Source: Flavobacteriaceae bacterium
Lineage (GTDB): Bacteria; Bacteroidota; Bacteroidia; Flavobacteriales; Flavobacteriaceae
Length of the DNA: 64,000 nucleotides
NCBI GenBank assembly: GCA_023260435.1
Contig: JALQVG010000076.1
Location: 7,251 to 71,250, forward strand
Direction of reading: 5' to 3'
The notes beneath the pieces are model-generated. The model was not told the DNA's origin, searched no databases, and saw only the letters and a program-made list of their open reading frames with translations. Below are positions 30,694 through 40,168 of this stretch, one piece after another; the first letter of the stretch is position 1, and every line of letters starts with the position of its first letter. The translations under genes were made by a program, and so were the position numbers.

Positions 30694-31913
30694 AGTGAAC
30701 TGCTGTTTAATTGAATTGATCCGTAACGCGCGTTGATGATGAGTTGCTTTTTCTCCACAAATTGTTTGAAATACCCTTCAAAGGTAAAGGAATTGGACTT
30801 TTCAATCCGCTTGGTGGATTCCAAGTTGGATAAACCTTTTGGGGTAATGTAACTGCCGTATAGCGCTGAGGAGAAGGAGAACAATGGGTCATAAGACAAT
30901 GAAATATCCGTGTATTGGGCCTCTATGTCAAGCTGACCTTGAGGGCCTGACCATTGGTCGATGTCCAATTGGCCGTATTGCATGTCTACCTCAAGGGAAC
31001 TATTGAGTTGATCAATCGCGACCTCTGTATAGGAAGTAGTCAGTTTTGAAAAAGACCCTGAAGAGATCAGGTGTTTTACGCGAAGATCACCGTAATCCAT
31101 AGCTAAGTTAAACTGTCCAATAGTTCCCATTTGCACATCTACATAATCGGTGTTTCCGTGAACTACACTGGCTGAATCGATGTTTAGTTGACCGTAATCC
31201 ATGTCTACATCAACTTTTTTCACTTGCTTCAACTCAATATCGCTGTAATCCGTATGGAGGTTTAGGTAGTTAGATGATCCAACAACTAGGTTGCTGTAAT
31301 CGGTATCTATTTGTGCTTGGCTGATGTGTTCAATATGAGAATTATTGGCGTAATCAAGTTCAATGCGGTTGGTTTCACCGGATATTTGCCCAAGGTCAAC
31401 ATTTCCATAGGCGCAAACAATTTTCAGGGCGTTGGTGGAACGCGCCAATTTGATATCTCCGTATTTTTGACTCACCTCCATGATCATCGTTGCGGGTGCG
31501 TGTACTACGTAATTGATTTCGTAACTGATGGAATTGTTTTTCCAAAAAGACCAACTCCACTGTGTATTTCCAATACTAGTCACCGCACTTACACGATTTT
31601 TAGTCCCGGTGATATCCACAAAAATCTCGTCCAGTTTGTCTTCTATGCTGCTGATTTGGTTTCCCCAAACACGCACCACAACATCAATACTGACTTTGTT
31701 GGTTTTGCTCTCCACGACTTCTGTAGAGCCGTATCGATTATCTAACAACAAGAGTGCATTGGGTGCGACATCAAAATTTCTTTGGTAGGTTTTAGTTTTC
31801 TCGTATTTGGGGTTATCTTCTGCTCTGGTATGTCCCCAAATAGGTAGTACTGCAAGCAGAAGCAGGCAATTAAATACTAGGTTTTTCATAGGTGTCCGAT
31901 TGAGTGATTTCAT
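30690..31913 (-). CDS. secreted DUF4097-like beta-solenoid repeat protein
   Basis: Signal peptide (NLVFNCLLLLAVLPIWG). At least 10 periodic (D/Q)Y(G/S)x(L/I)x(L/I/V) units, for example DYSNLVVG, DYSDIELK, DYGQLNID, DYGDLRVK and QYGQLDID. An alternative start at ATG 31889 would shorten the overlap with the upstream gene. Confidence 0.65.
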   Translation of the reverse strand: MKSLNRTPMKNLVFNCLLLLAVLPIWGHTRAEDNPKYEKTKTYQRNFDVAPNALLLLDNRYGSTEVVESKTNKVSIDVVVRVWGNQISSIEDKLDEIFVDITGTKNRVSAVTSIGNTQWSWSFWKNNSISYEINYVVHAPATMIMEVSQKYGDIKLARSTNALKIVCAYGNVDLGQISGETNRIELDYANNSHIEHISQAQIDTDYSNLVVGSSNYLNLHTDYSDIELKQVKKVDVDMDYGQLNIDSASVVHGNTDYVDVQMGTIGQFNLAMDYGDLRVKHLISSGSFSKLTTSYTEVAIDQLNSSLEVDMQYGQLDIDQWSGPQGQLDIEAQYTDISLSYDPLFSFSSALYGSYITPKGLSNLESTKRIEKSNSFTFEGYFKQFVEKKQLIINARYGSIQLNSSSL

Positions 31914-32406
31914 GGGTAGTTTTAAGTGTTTCTAGGAAGATGATTCTTTTTTCAAAATGATCGATGAGCGCTTTGAAAATAAGTACAGGATCACCGCCAT
32001 GTTCGAAGTCTCGCATGATTTTTTGGTATTCATGGTCGAATTTGCTGAGTTGTTTTAAAGCCATATAACTCAACGGTTCGCTATTAAACGTGGATTGATG
32101 GGCATATTCTGGCGACTGAATCGTTTCAATCAGTTGGTTTTCTTGCTCTTGAATAGTCTGGTGCCAGGTTTCCATAGAGGCCAGTTGCTCTTGCTGCACT
32201 CCTTGTTCTTGAGATAGCCAGCCAATACTCAAACCTAAAAGCAGACCGATACTCGCCGCCCAAATCCAATTAAATCGCTGACGGTTCACACTCATGTCAT
32301 GTCCCAACTTTTGAGCCATACGCGCTCTATGTCCTGCTGGTAGTTCCGGGAGTGGTGCATCAGCCCACTCGGTCAGTAATTGCTCTAATGGATCTTCGTG
32401 TTTCAT
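31870..32406 (-). CDS. putative anti-sigma factor (single-pass membrane protein)
   Basis: Sits immediately downstream of the ECF sigma gene with an ATGA overlap. Short cytoplasmic N-terminus, one TM helix (WIWAASIGLLLGLSIGWL), and an extracytoplasmic helical domain. Confidence 0.6.
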   Translation of the reverse strand: MKHEDPLEQLLTEWADAPLPELPAGHRARMAQKLGHDMSVNRQRFNWIWAASIGLLLGLSIGWLSQEQGVQQEQLASMETWHQTIQEQENQLIETIQSPEYAHQSTFNSEPLSYMALKQLSKFDHEYQKIMRDFEHGGDPVLIFKALIDHFEKRIIFLETLKTTHEITQSDTYEKPSI

Positions 32407-32966
32407 AACTTCAATAATTTTCGCATGGTTTCTTTTGCTCGACTTAAACTAGTTCGACTATTGGCTTCGCTGATATTTAGGTAGTTAGCTATTTCAGCGT
32501 GTTCTAACCCTTCATAGTAGTACAATTTTACAATCATGGCCTGTTGAACAGGTAATTTAGTCAGTACTAGTTCTACCCGGTTTACAGAGGACTTTATGTG
32601 ATCCGATTCTTGGTCATCATCAATGTTTATTGATATCTCCTGGTTAGTGGTGAACTCTTCAGGGGGATCTTTCCAAAGAACTCTGTGTTGTTTTTGTTTG
32701 AGGCGAATACTTTTGTTGATCACGATTTTTTTTAACCAAGCGCCAAAAGTGACTTCACCCCTAAATTGGTCTAATGAATGAAATGCACTGAGCATTGATT
32801 CTTGAACGGCATCCTCCGCCTCGTCCGTTTGTCCAATAATTTTAAAAGCCACCCGATACATGGCTGAAGCATACAGATCATAAAGCGCCATCTGGGCTTT
32901 TGGATCAGCAGCTTTACACTGGGTGATTAATTGATCTATACTGGGTTTACTAGGCACAACATTCAA
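32403..32966 (-). CDS. ECF-type RNA polymerase sigma-70 factor
   Basis: Region 2 (YRVAFKIIGQTDEAEDAVQESMLSAF...FGAWLKKIVINKSI) and region 4 HTH (YYEGLEHAEIANYLNISEANSRTSLSRAK). Confidence 0.9.
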   Translation of the reverse strand: MNVVPSKPSIDQLITQCKAADPKAQMALYDLYASAMYRVAFKIIGQTDEAEDAVQESMLSAFHSLDQFRGEVTFGAWLKKIVINKSIRLKQKQHRVLWKDPPEEFTTNQEISINIDDDQESDHIKSSVNRVELVLTKLPVQQAMIVKLYYYEGLEHAEIANYLNISEANSRTSLSRAKETMRKLLKL

Positions 32967-32990
32967 TTCAAGACAAAGACACTGTAAATG

Positions 32991-32998
32991 TACATTTG
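32991..32998 (+). promoter_or_regulatory. candidate -7 box (TACATTTG) inside a palindrome, possibly the lon promoter
   Basis: TAnnTTTG match about 160 nt upstream of the lon ATG. It is embedded in the perfect 12-bp palindrome AAATGTACATTT. Confidence 0.3.
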
Positions 32999-33159
32999 TT
33001 ACACAGAATTTTTCTGTGGCATAAGAATTGCCTAATCATTAACGATAAACGGACGTAAAACAAGCTAGAGTGCACGATTCTGGTTAATTGTGAGGTTGAC
33101 TTTCACTTTTAACGAGGTAAGCCTAGCTCGGACACATGACATTTTGACGCAAATCGCAT

Positions 33160-35613
33160 ATGGCAAAAACAAATTTTTTACACATGGACAGTATGTCACT
33201 TCAGCATTTAGAGGATGAGGCGGATTTAATTCCCTTGATGACTCCAGAGGATGAAGAAGAAATCAATAATGAACCTTTACCTATTTCATTGCCTATTTTA
33301 CCTTTGAGGAACACAGTGCTGTTTCCCGGTGTGGTGGTACCCATTACAGCAGGCAGAGATAAGTCCATACAATTGATCAATGAGGCCAACGCGGGAAACA
33401 AGGTCATTGGTGTGGTGGCTCAACGAAATCCAGATGTTGAAAACCCAACCCCTGAACATTTGTTTCAAACGGGTACTGTAGCGCGGATACTCAGGGTGTT
33501 AAAGATGCCTGATGGAAACACAACCGTCATTATTCAGGGTAAAAAACCCTTTGAAATTGCCCAGTATACCCAAGAGGAGCCCTACTTAAAAGCAGATATT
33601 AAATCCACTGGTTGGGTAAAGCCTGAATCAGGGGATCCAGAGTTTTCCGCTATTGTTGAGTCGATAAAAGACTTGGCCTATAAGATTATTAAAAACAACC
33701 CCAATCTGCCCAGCGAAGCCTCATTTGCCATAAAAAATATCGAAAGCAACGCTTTTTTGGTTCATTTTGTCAGTGCTAACCTCAGTATAGACGTCGCTCA
33801 AAAGCAAGCTTTGCTTGAAATGACCGACCTTAAAGCACGCGCCATGGCCGTGTTGGGTTATATGGATGTGGAACTGCAGAAGCTTCAGTTGAAGAACGAT
33901 ATCCAATCTAAAGTGCGCAACGACCTAGATCAACAGCAGCGAGAGTATTTTCTGCATCAGCAGATGAAAACCATACAGGAGGAGCTGGGCGGGATCTCTT
34001 ATGAAGAAGAGGTTAACGAGATGGTGGAGCAATCTAAAAACAAATTGTGGGACCAGAAAACTGCCAAACATTTTGAAAAAGAGTTGCAAAAGTTGCAGCG
34101 AATGAACCCCCAGGTGGCAGAGTATGGCATTCAAAGAAATTATTTGGAATTAATGCTGGAATTGCCTTGGAATCAGTTTTCCACGGATGTATTTGATCTA
34201 AAAAAGGCACAGAAAATTCTTGATCGCGATCATTTCGGTCTAGCAGATGTCAAAAAACGCATCATCGAACACTTAGCGGTGCTCAAATTGCGCAACGACA
34301 TGAAATCCCCCATTTTGTGTTTGTATGGCCCTCCTGGAGTAGGAAAAACCTCTTTGGGCCGTTCGATTGCCGATGCGTTGGGTCGATCCTATGTGCGGAT
34401 GTCACTGGGAGGGCTGAGGGATGAGGCTGAAATCCGAGGCCACCGCAAAACCTATATCGGTGCTATGCCCGGACGCATTGTGCAAAACATGAAAAAAGCG
34501 GAAACATCTAATCCGGTTTTCGTATTGGATGAAATTGATAAATTATCTCAAGGTTTCCAGGGGGATCCATCTTCTGCGTTATTGGAGGTATTGGACCCAG
34601 AACAGAACAATGCTTTTTACGATAATTTCTTGGAACTAGGCTATGACTTGTCTCGGGTATTGTTTGTCGCTACCGCGAACAATTTGTCCAATATACAACC
34701 GGCTTTACTGGATCGGATGGAATTAATTCCAGTCAGTGGATACACTCAAGAAGAAAAAGTACACATTGCCAAGAAACACTTGCTGCCCAAGCAATTGAAA
34801 GAACACGGGTTAAAGCCATCCGACCTCAAAGTTTCTGCGAGTTCGCTGCAAAAAATTATCGGCGGATACACTCGAGAATCAGGTGTGCGCCAATTGGAAA
34901 AGCAAATAGCTAAAGTGGTGCGCCATGCAGCAAAAAGCATAGCTATGGAGGAGTCTTATGAGCTAAATCCAGACCCTCAAACGATAGAATCCATATTGGG
35001 GGTGCCCAGAATGGAGCGAGACAGATATGAAAATAACGATATTGCAGGGGTCGTCACTGGGCTTGCATGGACATCAGTAGGGGGGGACATACTGTTTATT
35101 GAATCGATACTGTCACCGGGTAAAGGGGCCTTGAACATAACGGGAAATCTGGGTAAAGTGATGAAAGAGTCCGCGACAATTGCTCTTGAGTACATTAAAG
35201 CACATGCCGACCAGTGGAACATTCCGCAGGAGGTTTTCGACAAGTACAATATCCACATTCACGTACCCGAGGGAGCAACACCCAAAGATGGGCCAAGCGC
35301 CGGTATCACTATGCTCACCTCATTAGTTTCGCTGTTTACCCAGCGAAAAGTAAAAGCTAAACTTGCGATGACGGGTGAGATCACGCTAAGAGGTCGTGTG
35401 CTCCCAGTGGGCGGTATTAAAGAAAAAATATTGGCCGCCAAGCGCGCAGACATCAAGGAAATAATCTTGTGTGTAGACAATAAAAAAGACATCGCCGAGA
35501 TTGAGCCAGAGTACATCAAGGGATTAACCTTTCACTATGTGCGCGAGATGAGCGAAGTCTTAGACATTGCGGTAACCGCTCAAAAGGTAAAGAATTTCAA
35601 AAAAATCGTGTAA
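33160..35613 (+). CDS. lon: ATP-dependent Lon protease
   Basis: LON N-terminal domain, AAA+ Walker [10 protein letters not shown], and a protease domain with the catalytic serine in [10 protein letters not shown]. Confidence 0.95.
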   Translation: MAKTNFLHMDSMSLQHLEDEADLIPLMTPEDEEEINNEPLPISLPILPLRNTVLFPGVVVPITAGRDKSIQLINEANAGNKVIGVVAQRNPDVENPTPEHLFQTGTVARILRVLKMPDGNTTVIIQGKKPFEIAQYTQEEPYLKADIKSTGWVKPESGDPEFSAIVESIKDLAYKIIKNNPNLPSEASFAIKNIESNAFLVHFVSANLSIDVAQKQALLEMTDLKARAMAVLGYMDVELQKLQLKNDIQSKVRNDLDQQQREYFLHQQMKTIQEELGGISYEEEVNEMVEQSKNKLWDQKTAKHFEKELQKLQRMNPQVAEYGIQRNYLELMLELPWNQFSTDVFDLKKAQKILDRDHFGLADVKKRIIEHLAVLKLRNDMKSPILCLYGPPGVGKTSLGRSIADALGRSYVRMSLGGLRDEAEIRGHRKTYIGAMPGRIVQNMKKAETSNPVFVLDEIDKLSQGFQGDPSSALLEVLDPEQNNAFYDNFLELGYDLSRVLFVATANNLSNIQPALLDRMELIPVSGYTQEEKVHIAKKHLLPKQLKEHGLKPSDLKVSASSLQKIIGGYTRESGVRQLEKQIAKVVRHAAKSIAMEESYELNPDPQTIESILGVPRMERDRYENNDIAGVVTGLAWTSVGGDILFIESILSPGKGALNITGNLGKVMKESATIALEYIKAHADQWNIPQEVFDKYNIHIHVPEGATPKDGPSAGITMLTSLVSLFTQRKVKAKLAMTGEITLRGRVLPVGGIKEKILAAKRADIKEIILCVDNKKDIAEIEPEYIKGLTFHYVREMSEVLDIAVTAQKVKNFKKIV

Positions 35614-35623
35614 GTTTAGCTCT

Positions 35624-36313
35624 ATGCCTAAAAAGATCACCATCGCTATTGACGGCTATTCCTCAACCGGAAAGAGTACCATGGCTAAAGCCTTGGCCCA
35701 ACATCTGGGGTATTTATATGTGGACTCTGGCGCTATGTACCGTGCTGTCACTTGGTGGGCGTTGAACAACGATTGGATTCAAGAGCACTCTATCGATATC
35801 GATCAGATGCTGCAGCACTTACCAGAACTTTCCTTAGAGTTAACGACTTCCAGCGAAGGCTTTATGGATGTTTGGGTCAATGGGGAAAAAATCACTGAAG
35901 CGATTAGATCTATGGAGGTGGCACAAAGAGTGAGCCAAATAGCTTCTATTGCTGAAATCAGACATTTTTTAGTGGCCAAACAACAACAAATGGGCCAAAA
36001 AAAAGGAGTGGTTATGGATGGACGCGATATAGGCACGGTGGTATTTCCCGATGCCGAACTTAAAGTTTTTGTCCAGGCTGATGCCCAAGTTCGAGCCATG
36101 AGGCGGTATGATGAATTAAAAGCTAAAGGGCAAATAGTTGATTTTCATGAGATATTGGCCAACGTCAACGATCGAGATCATCAAGACACTCACCGCGCTG
36201 TTTCTCCGCTTGTTCAAGCAAAAGAGGCACGTGTTTTAGACAACACCCAGATGGGTCGCGAAGAACAATTAGCGCTGTTAGTAAACTGGGCTGATCAGGC
36301 GATCAATCAATAG
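35624..36313 (+). CDS. cmk: (d)CMP kinase
   Basis: P-loop IDGYSSTGKST, SGAMYR and DGRDIGT. Confidence 0.9.
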   Translation: MPKKITIAIDGYSSTGKSTMAKALAQHLGYLYVDSGAMYRAVTWWALNNDWIQEHSIDIDQMLQHLPELSLELTTSSEGFMDVWVNGEKITEAIRSMEVAQRVSQIASIAEIRHFLVAKQQQMGQKKGVVMDGRDIGTVVFPDAELKVFVQADAQVRAMRRYDELKAKGQIVDFHEILANVNDRDHQDTHRAVSPLVQAKEARVLDNTQMGREEQLALLVNWADQAINQ

Positions 36314-36356
36314 GGTTAATTCCCCTTATTTTATTTGTAAATCAATCAATTAATCG

Positions 36357-36364
36357 TATTTTTG
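36357..36364 (+). promoter_or_regulatory. -7 promoter box (TATTTTTG) for rpsA
   Basis: TAnnTTTG match about 110 nt upstream of ATG 36475, which implies a long leader. Confidence 0.45.
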
Positions 36365-36474
36365 CGCTCCTTTTTGGTGATGATCGAGGGCCATCAAGGA
36401 TAAAAAAAACGATAAAAAACCCTTTCAATGCGGTCTTACCCTCGTAACGTATTGGAATACAAAATCATCTTCAA

Positions 36475-38274
36475 ATGACTGAAGAAAACCAAAATCAAGC
36501 TGCTCAAGTAGCTGAGACAAAACAAGATCCACAAGCGTTTTTGGATCAATTTAACTGGGATAAATACGAGCAAGGAATTGAGCGTGTTGATGAGGCTAAA
36601 CTCAAAGAATTTGAGCAATTAGTATCTAAAAACTTTGTAGACACTGCCGATGAAGAAGTAGTTGTTGGAACTGTTGTTTATTTGACAGAGCGCGAAGCTA
36701 TTATCGATATCAATGCCAAATCTGAAGGAGTTATTTCCCTTAATGAGTTCCGCTACAATCCAGACCTTAAGGTGGGTGATCAAGTAGAGGTGCTTATTGA
36801 CATCAGAGAAGATAAGACAGGACAATTGGTATTGTCTCACAGAAAAGCCAGAACGATTAAAGCATGGGATCGTGTGAACAAAGCCCATGACGAAGAGTTA
36901 GTGGTTAATGGTTTTGTAAAGTGCAGAACTAAGGGTGGTATGATCGTTGACGTATTTGGAATTGAGGCGTTCTTGCCAGGATCTCAAATCGACGTGAAAC
37001 CGATCAGAGACTACGATCAATACGTAGGAAAAACTATGGAGTTCAAGGTGGTAAAAATCAACCACGAATTCAAAAACGTAGTGGTATCCCACAAAGCGTT
37101 GATCGAAGCAGATATCGAAGAACAGAAAAAAGAAATCATCGGACAACTTGAAAAAGGTCAAGTTCTTGAAGGGGTGGTTAAAAACATCACTTCCTACGGT
37201 GTATTTATCGATTTGGGCGGCGTAGATGGATTGATCCACATCACCGACTTATCGTGGAACAGAATCAACCATCCAAACGAGGTGGTAGAATTAGACCAAA
37301 AACTCAACGTAGTTATTTTGGATTTTGACGATAACAAGTCAAGAATTCAATTGGGTCTGAAACAATTGGAGAAACACCCATGGGAGGCTTTAAGCGAAAC
37401 CATCCAAGTAGGTGATACCGTTAAAGGTAAAGTAGTTGTTATCGCTGATTACGGTGCCTTCGTTGAGGTGAGTGATGGTGTTGAAGGATTGGTACACGTA
37501 TCAGAAATGTCTTGGTCTACCCACTTGAGATCTGCACAAGATTTCGTTAAGGTAGGTGATGAGGTAACCGCTGTTATTTTGACTTTAGACAGAGAAGATC
37601 GCAAAATGTCTCTAGGAATTAAGCAGTTGACCCAAGATCCTTGGACGGATATCACTGCTAAATATCCGGTAGGTTCTACCCACAAAGGTATCGTGCGCAA
37701 CTTCACTAACTTTGGTGTATTCGTTGAGCTAGAAGAGGGTATCGATGGATTAGTGTATATCTCTGATTTGTCTTGGACCAAAAAGATCAAACACCCATCT
37801 GAGTTTGTAGCTGTTGGAGATACACTTGAAGTGGTTGTTCTTGAGTTGGATGTTGATGGTCGTAAGTTAAGCTTAGGTCACAAACAAACCACCACTAATC
37901 CATGGGATAAGTACGAGGATGACTTTGCTTTAGATACCGTTCACAAAGCTATTATTGCTGAAATCGTTGACAAAGGAGCTACTATCCAGTTCAATGAGGA
38001 TATCCTTGCTTTTGTTCCACAAAGACATTTGGAGAAAGAAGACGGTTCTAAATTGAATAAAGGTGATGAAGCGGAGTTCAAGATTATTGAATTCAACAAA
38101 GACTTCAAACGAGTAGTGGCTAGCCATACTGCCTTGTTCAAGGAAGAAGAAAAACGCGCTGTAAAAGCAGCAGTTAAAAAACAAGCAGCAAAAGCTGATG
38201 AGGCTAAGCCTACGATCGGTGATGCTAACGAAGCACTCCAAGCTTTGAAAGATAAAATGGAGGGAAAAGCGTAA
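36475..38274 (+). CDS. rpsA: 30S ribosomal protein S1
   Basis: Six tandem S1 (OB-fold) repeats, each with G.V..I...G.F(V/I)(D/E)(L/V) signatures. 599 aa. Confidence 0.95.
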   Translation: MTEENQNQAAQVAETKQDPQAFLDQFNWDKYEQGIERVDEAKLKEFEQLVSKNFVDTADEEVVVGTVVYLTEREAIIDINAKSEGVISLNEFRYNPDLKVGDQVEVLIDIREDKTGQLVLSHRKARTIKAWDRVNKAHDEELVVNGFVKCRTKGGMIVDVFGIEAFLPGSQIDVKPIRDYDQYVGKTMEFKVVKINHEFKNVVVSHKALIEADIEEQKKEIIGQLEKGQVLEGVVKNITSYGVFIDLGGVDGLIHITDLSWNRINHPNEVVELDQKLNVVILDFDDNKSRIQLGLKQLEKHPWEALSETIQVGDTVKGKVVVIADYGAFVEVSDGVEGLVHVSEMSWSTHLRSAQDFVKVGDEVTAVILTLDREDRKMSLGIKQLTQDPWTDITAKYPVGSTHKGIVRNFTNFGVFVELEEGIDGLVYISDLSWTKKIKHPSEFVAVGDTLEVVVLELDVDGRKLSLGHKQTTTNPWDKYEDDFALDTVHKAIIAEIVDKGATIQFNEDILAFVPQRHLEKEDGSKLNKGDEAEFKIIEFNKDFKRVVASHTALFKEEEKRAVKAAVKKQAAKADEAKPTIGDANEALQALKDKMEGKA

Positions 38275-38293
38275 GCTTTGCTCGATTCAATGC

Positions 38294-38323
38294 AAAAGCC
38301 TGTCTCTGTGACAGGCTTTTTTT
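38294..38323 (+). terminator. intrinsic terminator after rpsA
   Basis: aaaa-GCCTGTC-tctgt-GACAGGC followed by T7. Confidence 0.8.
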
Positions 38324-38374
38324 ATGGAGTGAAATAAAATGTGTAGTTTTGTCTACCGAGGAACGGCAAGTATT

Positions 38375-38914
38375 ATGGGACAAAAAATCCTTTTATCCGC
38401 ACAAGAGATTCACATTATCCTGCATCGCTTGGCTTGTCAATTGTTAGAAAATCACCTGCATTTTAAAGACACTGTGCTGATTGGCTTACAGCCACGAGGT
38501 ACTGCTTTGGCTCAAAGATTGGTCAAAATACTCAAAGAAGATTATCAACAAGAGGTCTCATTGGGTTTTTTAGACATTACTTTTTTTCGCGACGATTTTA
38601 GAAGAAGCGATAAAACCCTAACAGCAAACAAGACAGATATTCCCTTTTTAATCGATGATAAGAAGGTGGTCTTAATCGATGATGTGTTGTTTACCGGAAG
38701 AAGTATCAGGGCGGCACTCACCGCGTTACAGTCCTTTGGCAGACCGGATAAAATTGAATTGTTAACCTTGATCGATAGACGATTCAGCAGGCATTTGCCG
38801 ATTCAACCTGAGTATAGAGGTAGACAAGTAGATGTAATTAATCACGAAAAAGTTAAAGTAATGTGGGCGGAAACCGACGGTCAAGACGCCATATACATTG
38901 TCAACGAACCATAA
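38375..38914 (+). CDS. pyrR: bifunctional pyr regulator / uracil phosphoribosyltransferase PyrR
   Basis: PRPP-binding loop VVLIDDVLFTGRSIRAA and a typical length of about 179 aa from ATG 38375. The longer track ORF would begin only 16 nt after the rpsA terminator. Confidence 0.85.
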   Translation: MGQKILLSAQEIHIILHRLACQLLENHLHFKDTVLIGLQPRGTALAQRLVKILKEDYQQEVSLGFLDITFFRDDFRRSDKTLTANKTDIPFLIDDKKVVLIDDVLFTGRSIRAALTALQSFGRPDKIELLTLIDRRFSRHLPIQPEYRGRQVDVINHEKVKVMWAETDGQDAIYIVNEP

Positions 38915-38918
38915 GCAC

Positions 38919-39845
38919 ATGAGTGAGTTAAGTGTACCACACTTATTGGGAATTAAGTACCTCAAGCCAGCCGATATTCAGCTTATTTTTGAGACGGCGG
39001 ATCATTTTAAAGAAGTGATTAATCGATCGATTAAAAAAGTGCCCTCATTAAGGGATATCACCATAGCCAATATCTTTTTTGAGAACAGTACCCGTACGCG
39101 ATTGTCTTTTGAGTTAGCACAAAAAAGACTCTCTGCAGATGTGATCAATTTTTCCGCAGCTCAGTCATCAGTCAAAAAAGGGGAAACCTTAATCGATACC
39201 GTAAATAACATCCTGTCTATGAAAGTAGATATGGTGGTGATGCGACACCCTAATCCAGGCGCCGGTATCTTTTTGTCGAAACACATCAAAGCATCCATTG
39301 TCAACGCGGGTGACGGCGCACATGAGCATCCTACTCAAGCTTTACTGGATTCATTTTCAATCCGAGAGCGACTTGGTGAAGTAGGAGGCAAGAAAGTAGT
39401 TATTGTCGGGGATATTCTCCACTCAAGGGTAGCTTTGTCCAATATTTACGCCCTGCAAATGCAAGGTGCTGAAGTAGCTGTGTGTGGTCCAAAAACACTG
39501 ATTCCTAAGCATATAGAATCTTTAGGGGTACGGGTGGAGCTCGATTTAGACAAGGCGTTGGCTTGGTGTGATGTGGCCAATATGCTTCGGGTGCAAAACG
39601 AACGTATGGACATGAGCTATTTTCCAAATACTAGGGAATACACGATGTTGTACGGCTTGAACAAACAGCGACTTGATCGAGTGAACAAGGAACTAGTGAT
39701 CATGCACCCCGGTCCGATTAATCGCGGTGTAGAAATCACTTCTGATGTAGCTGATTCTGACCACTCAATTATTTTAAATCAAGTAGAAAATGGTGTAGCC
39801 ATTCGAATGGCGGTCATTTATTTACTGGCCTCAAAAATTAAATAA
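38919..39845 (+). CDS. pyrB: aspartate carbamoyltransferase catalytic subunit
   Basis: STRTRLSFE, HPTQALLD and HPGPINRG motifs. Confidence 0.95.
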   Translation: MSELSVPHLLGIKYLKPADIQLIFETADHFKEVINRSIKKVPSLRDITIANIFFENSTRTRLSFELAQKRLSADVINFSAAQSSVKKGETLIDTVNNILSMKVDMVVMRHPNPGAGIFLSKHIKASIVNAGDGAHEHPTQALLDSFSIRERLGEVGGKKVVIVGDILHSRVALSNIYALQMQGAEVAVCGPKTLIPKHIESLGVRVELDLDKALAWCDVANMLRVQNERMDMSYFPNTREYTMLYGLNKQRLDRVNKELVIMHPGPINRGVEITSDVADSDHSIILNQVENGVAIRMAVIYLLASKIK

Positions 39846-39847
39846 CC

Positions 39848-40168
39848 GTGGAAGTTAGTTCATTCAAAGACTCTCTGCTTTGGATCCAAAATGGATCGCT
39901 TGAAGCTATGTGGTCCTTTTTGAAGGATCATTGGGATGAAGCGGCTACTTCTGATTTGATTATTCAATTAAGCGATCCTGGAACACCGATTAACGAATTT
40001 GTTTCTTGGTCGACCCAACAACGTGCCCGCGGTTTTTCTTTGGTGCTCGCAGGTTCTTTTCTGCACTTTGACGATTTGGAAGCATTGGAGATTAGCGCCG
40101 CCCCAACACTTCAAGAAGCCTATGACCTTATTGAAATGGAGCGTATTGAAAGGGATTTAGGGTTTTGA
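39848..40168 (+). CDS. hypothetical 106-aa protein (GTG start)
   Basis: The ORF fills the pyrB-rnz gap exactly. It starts 2 nt after the pyrB stop, and its stop overlaps the rnz TTG start. No motif recognised. Confidence 0.45.
   Translation: MEVSSFKDSLLWIQNGSLEAMWSFLKDHWDEAATSDLIIQLSDPGTPINEFVSWSTQQRARGFSLVLAGSFLHFDDLEALEISAAPTLQEAYDLIEMERIERDLGF

Noticed and set aside
31311-31745. 144-aa plus-strand ORF, and an 86-aa ORF at 31528..31788, inside the DUF4097-like gene
   Set aside because: They are antisense to a repeat-rich coding region that has clear periodic protein repeats and a signal peptide. The antisense frames carry no independent signal.
36385-36444. Long-range CGAGGG/CCCTCG pairing in the rpsA leader (about 110 nt) as a possible S1 autoregulatory structure
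   Set aside because: A single 6-bp complementarity is not supported by anything else I can see. It would need covariation evidence.
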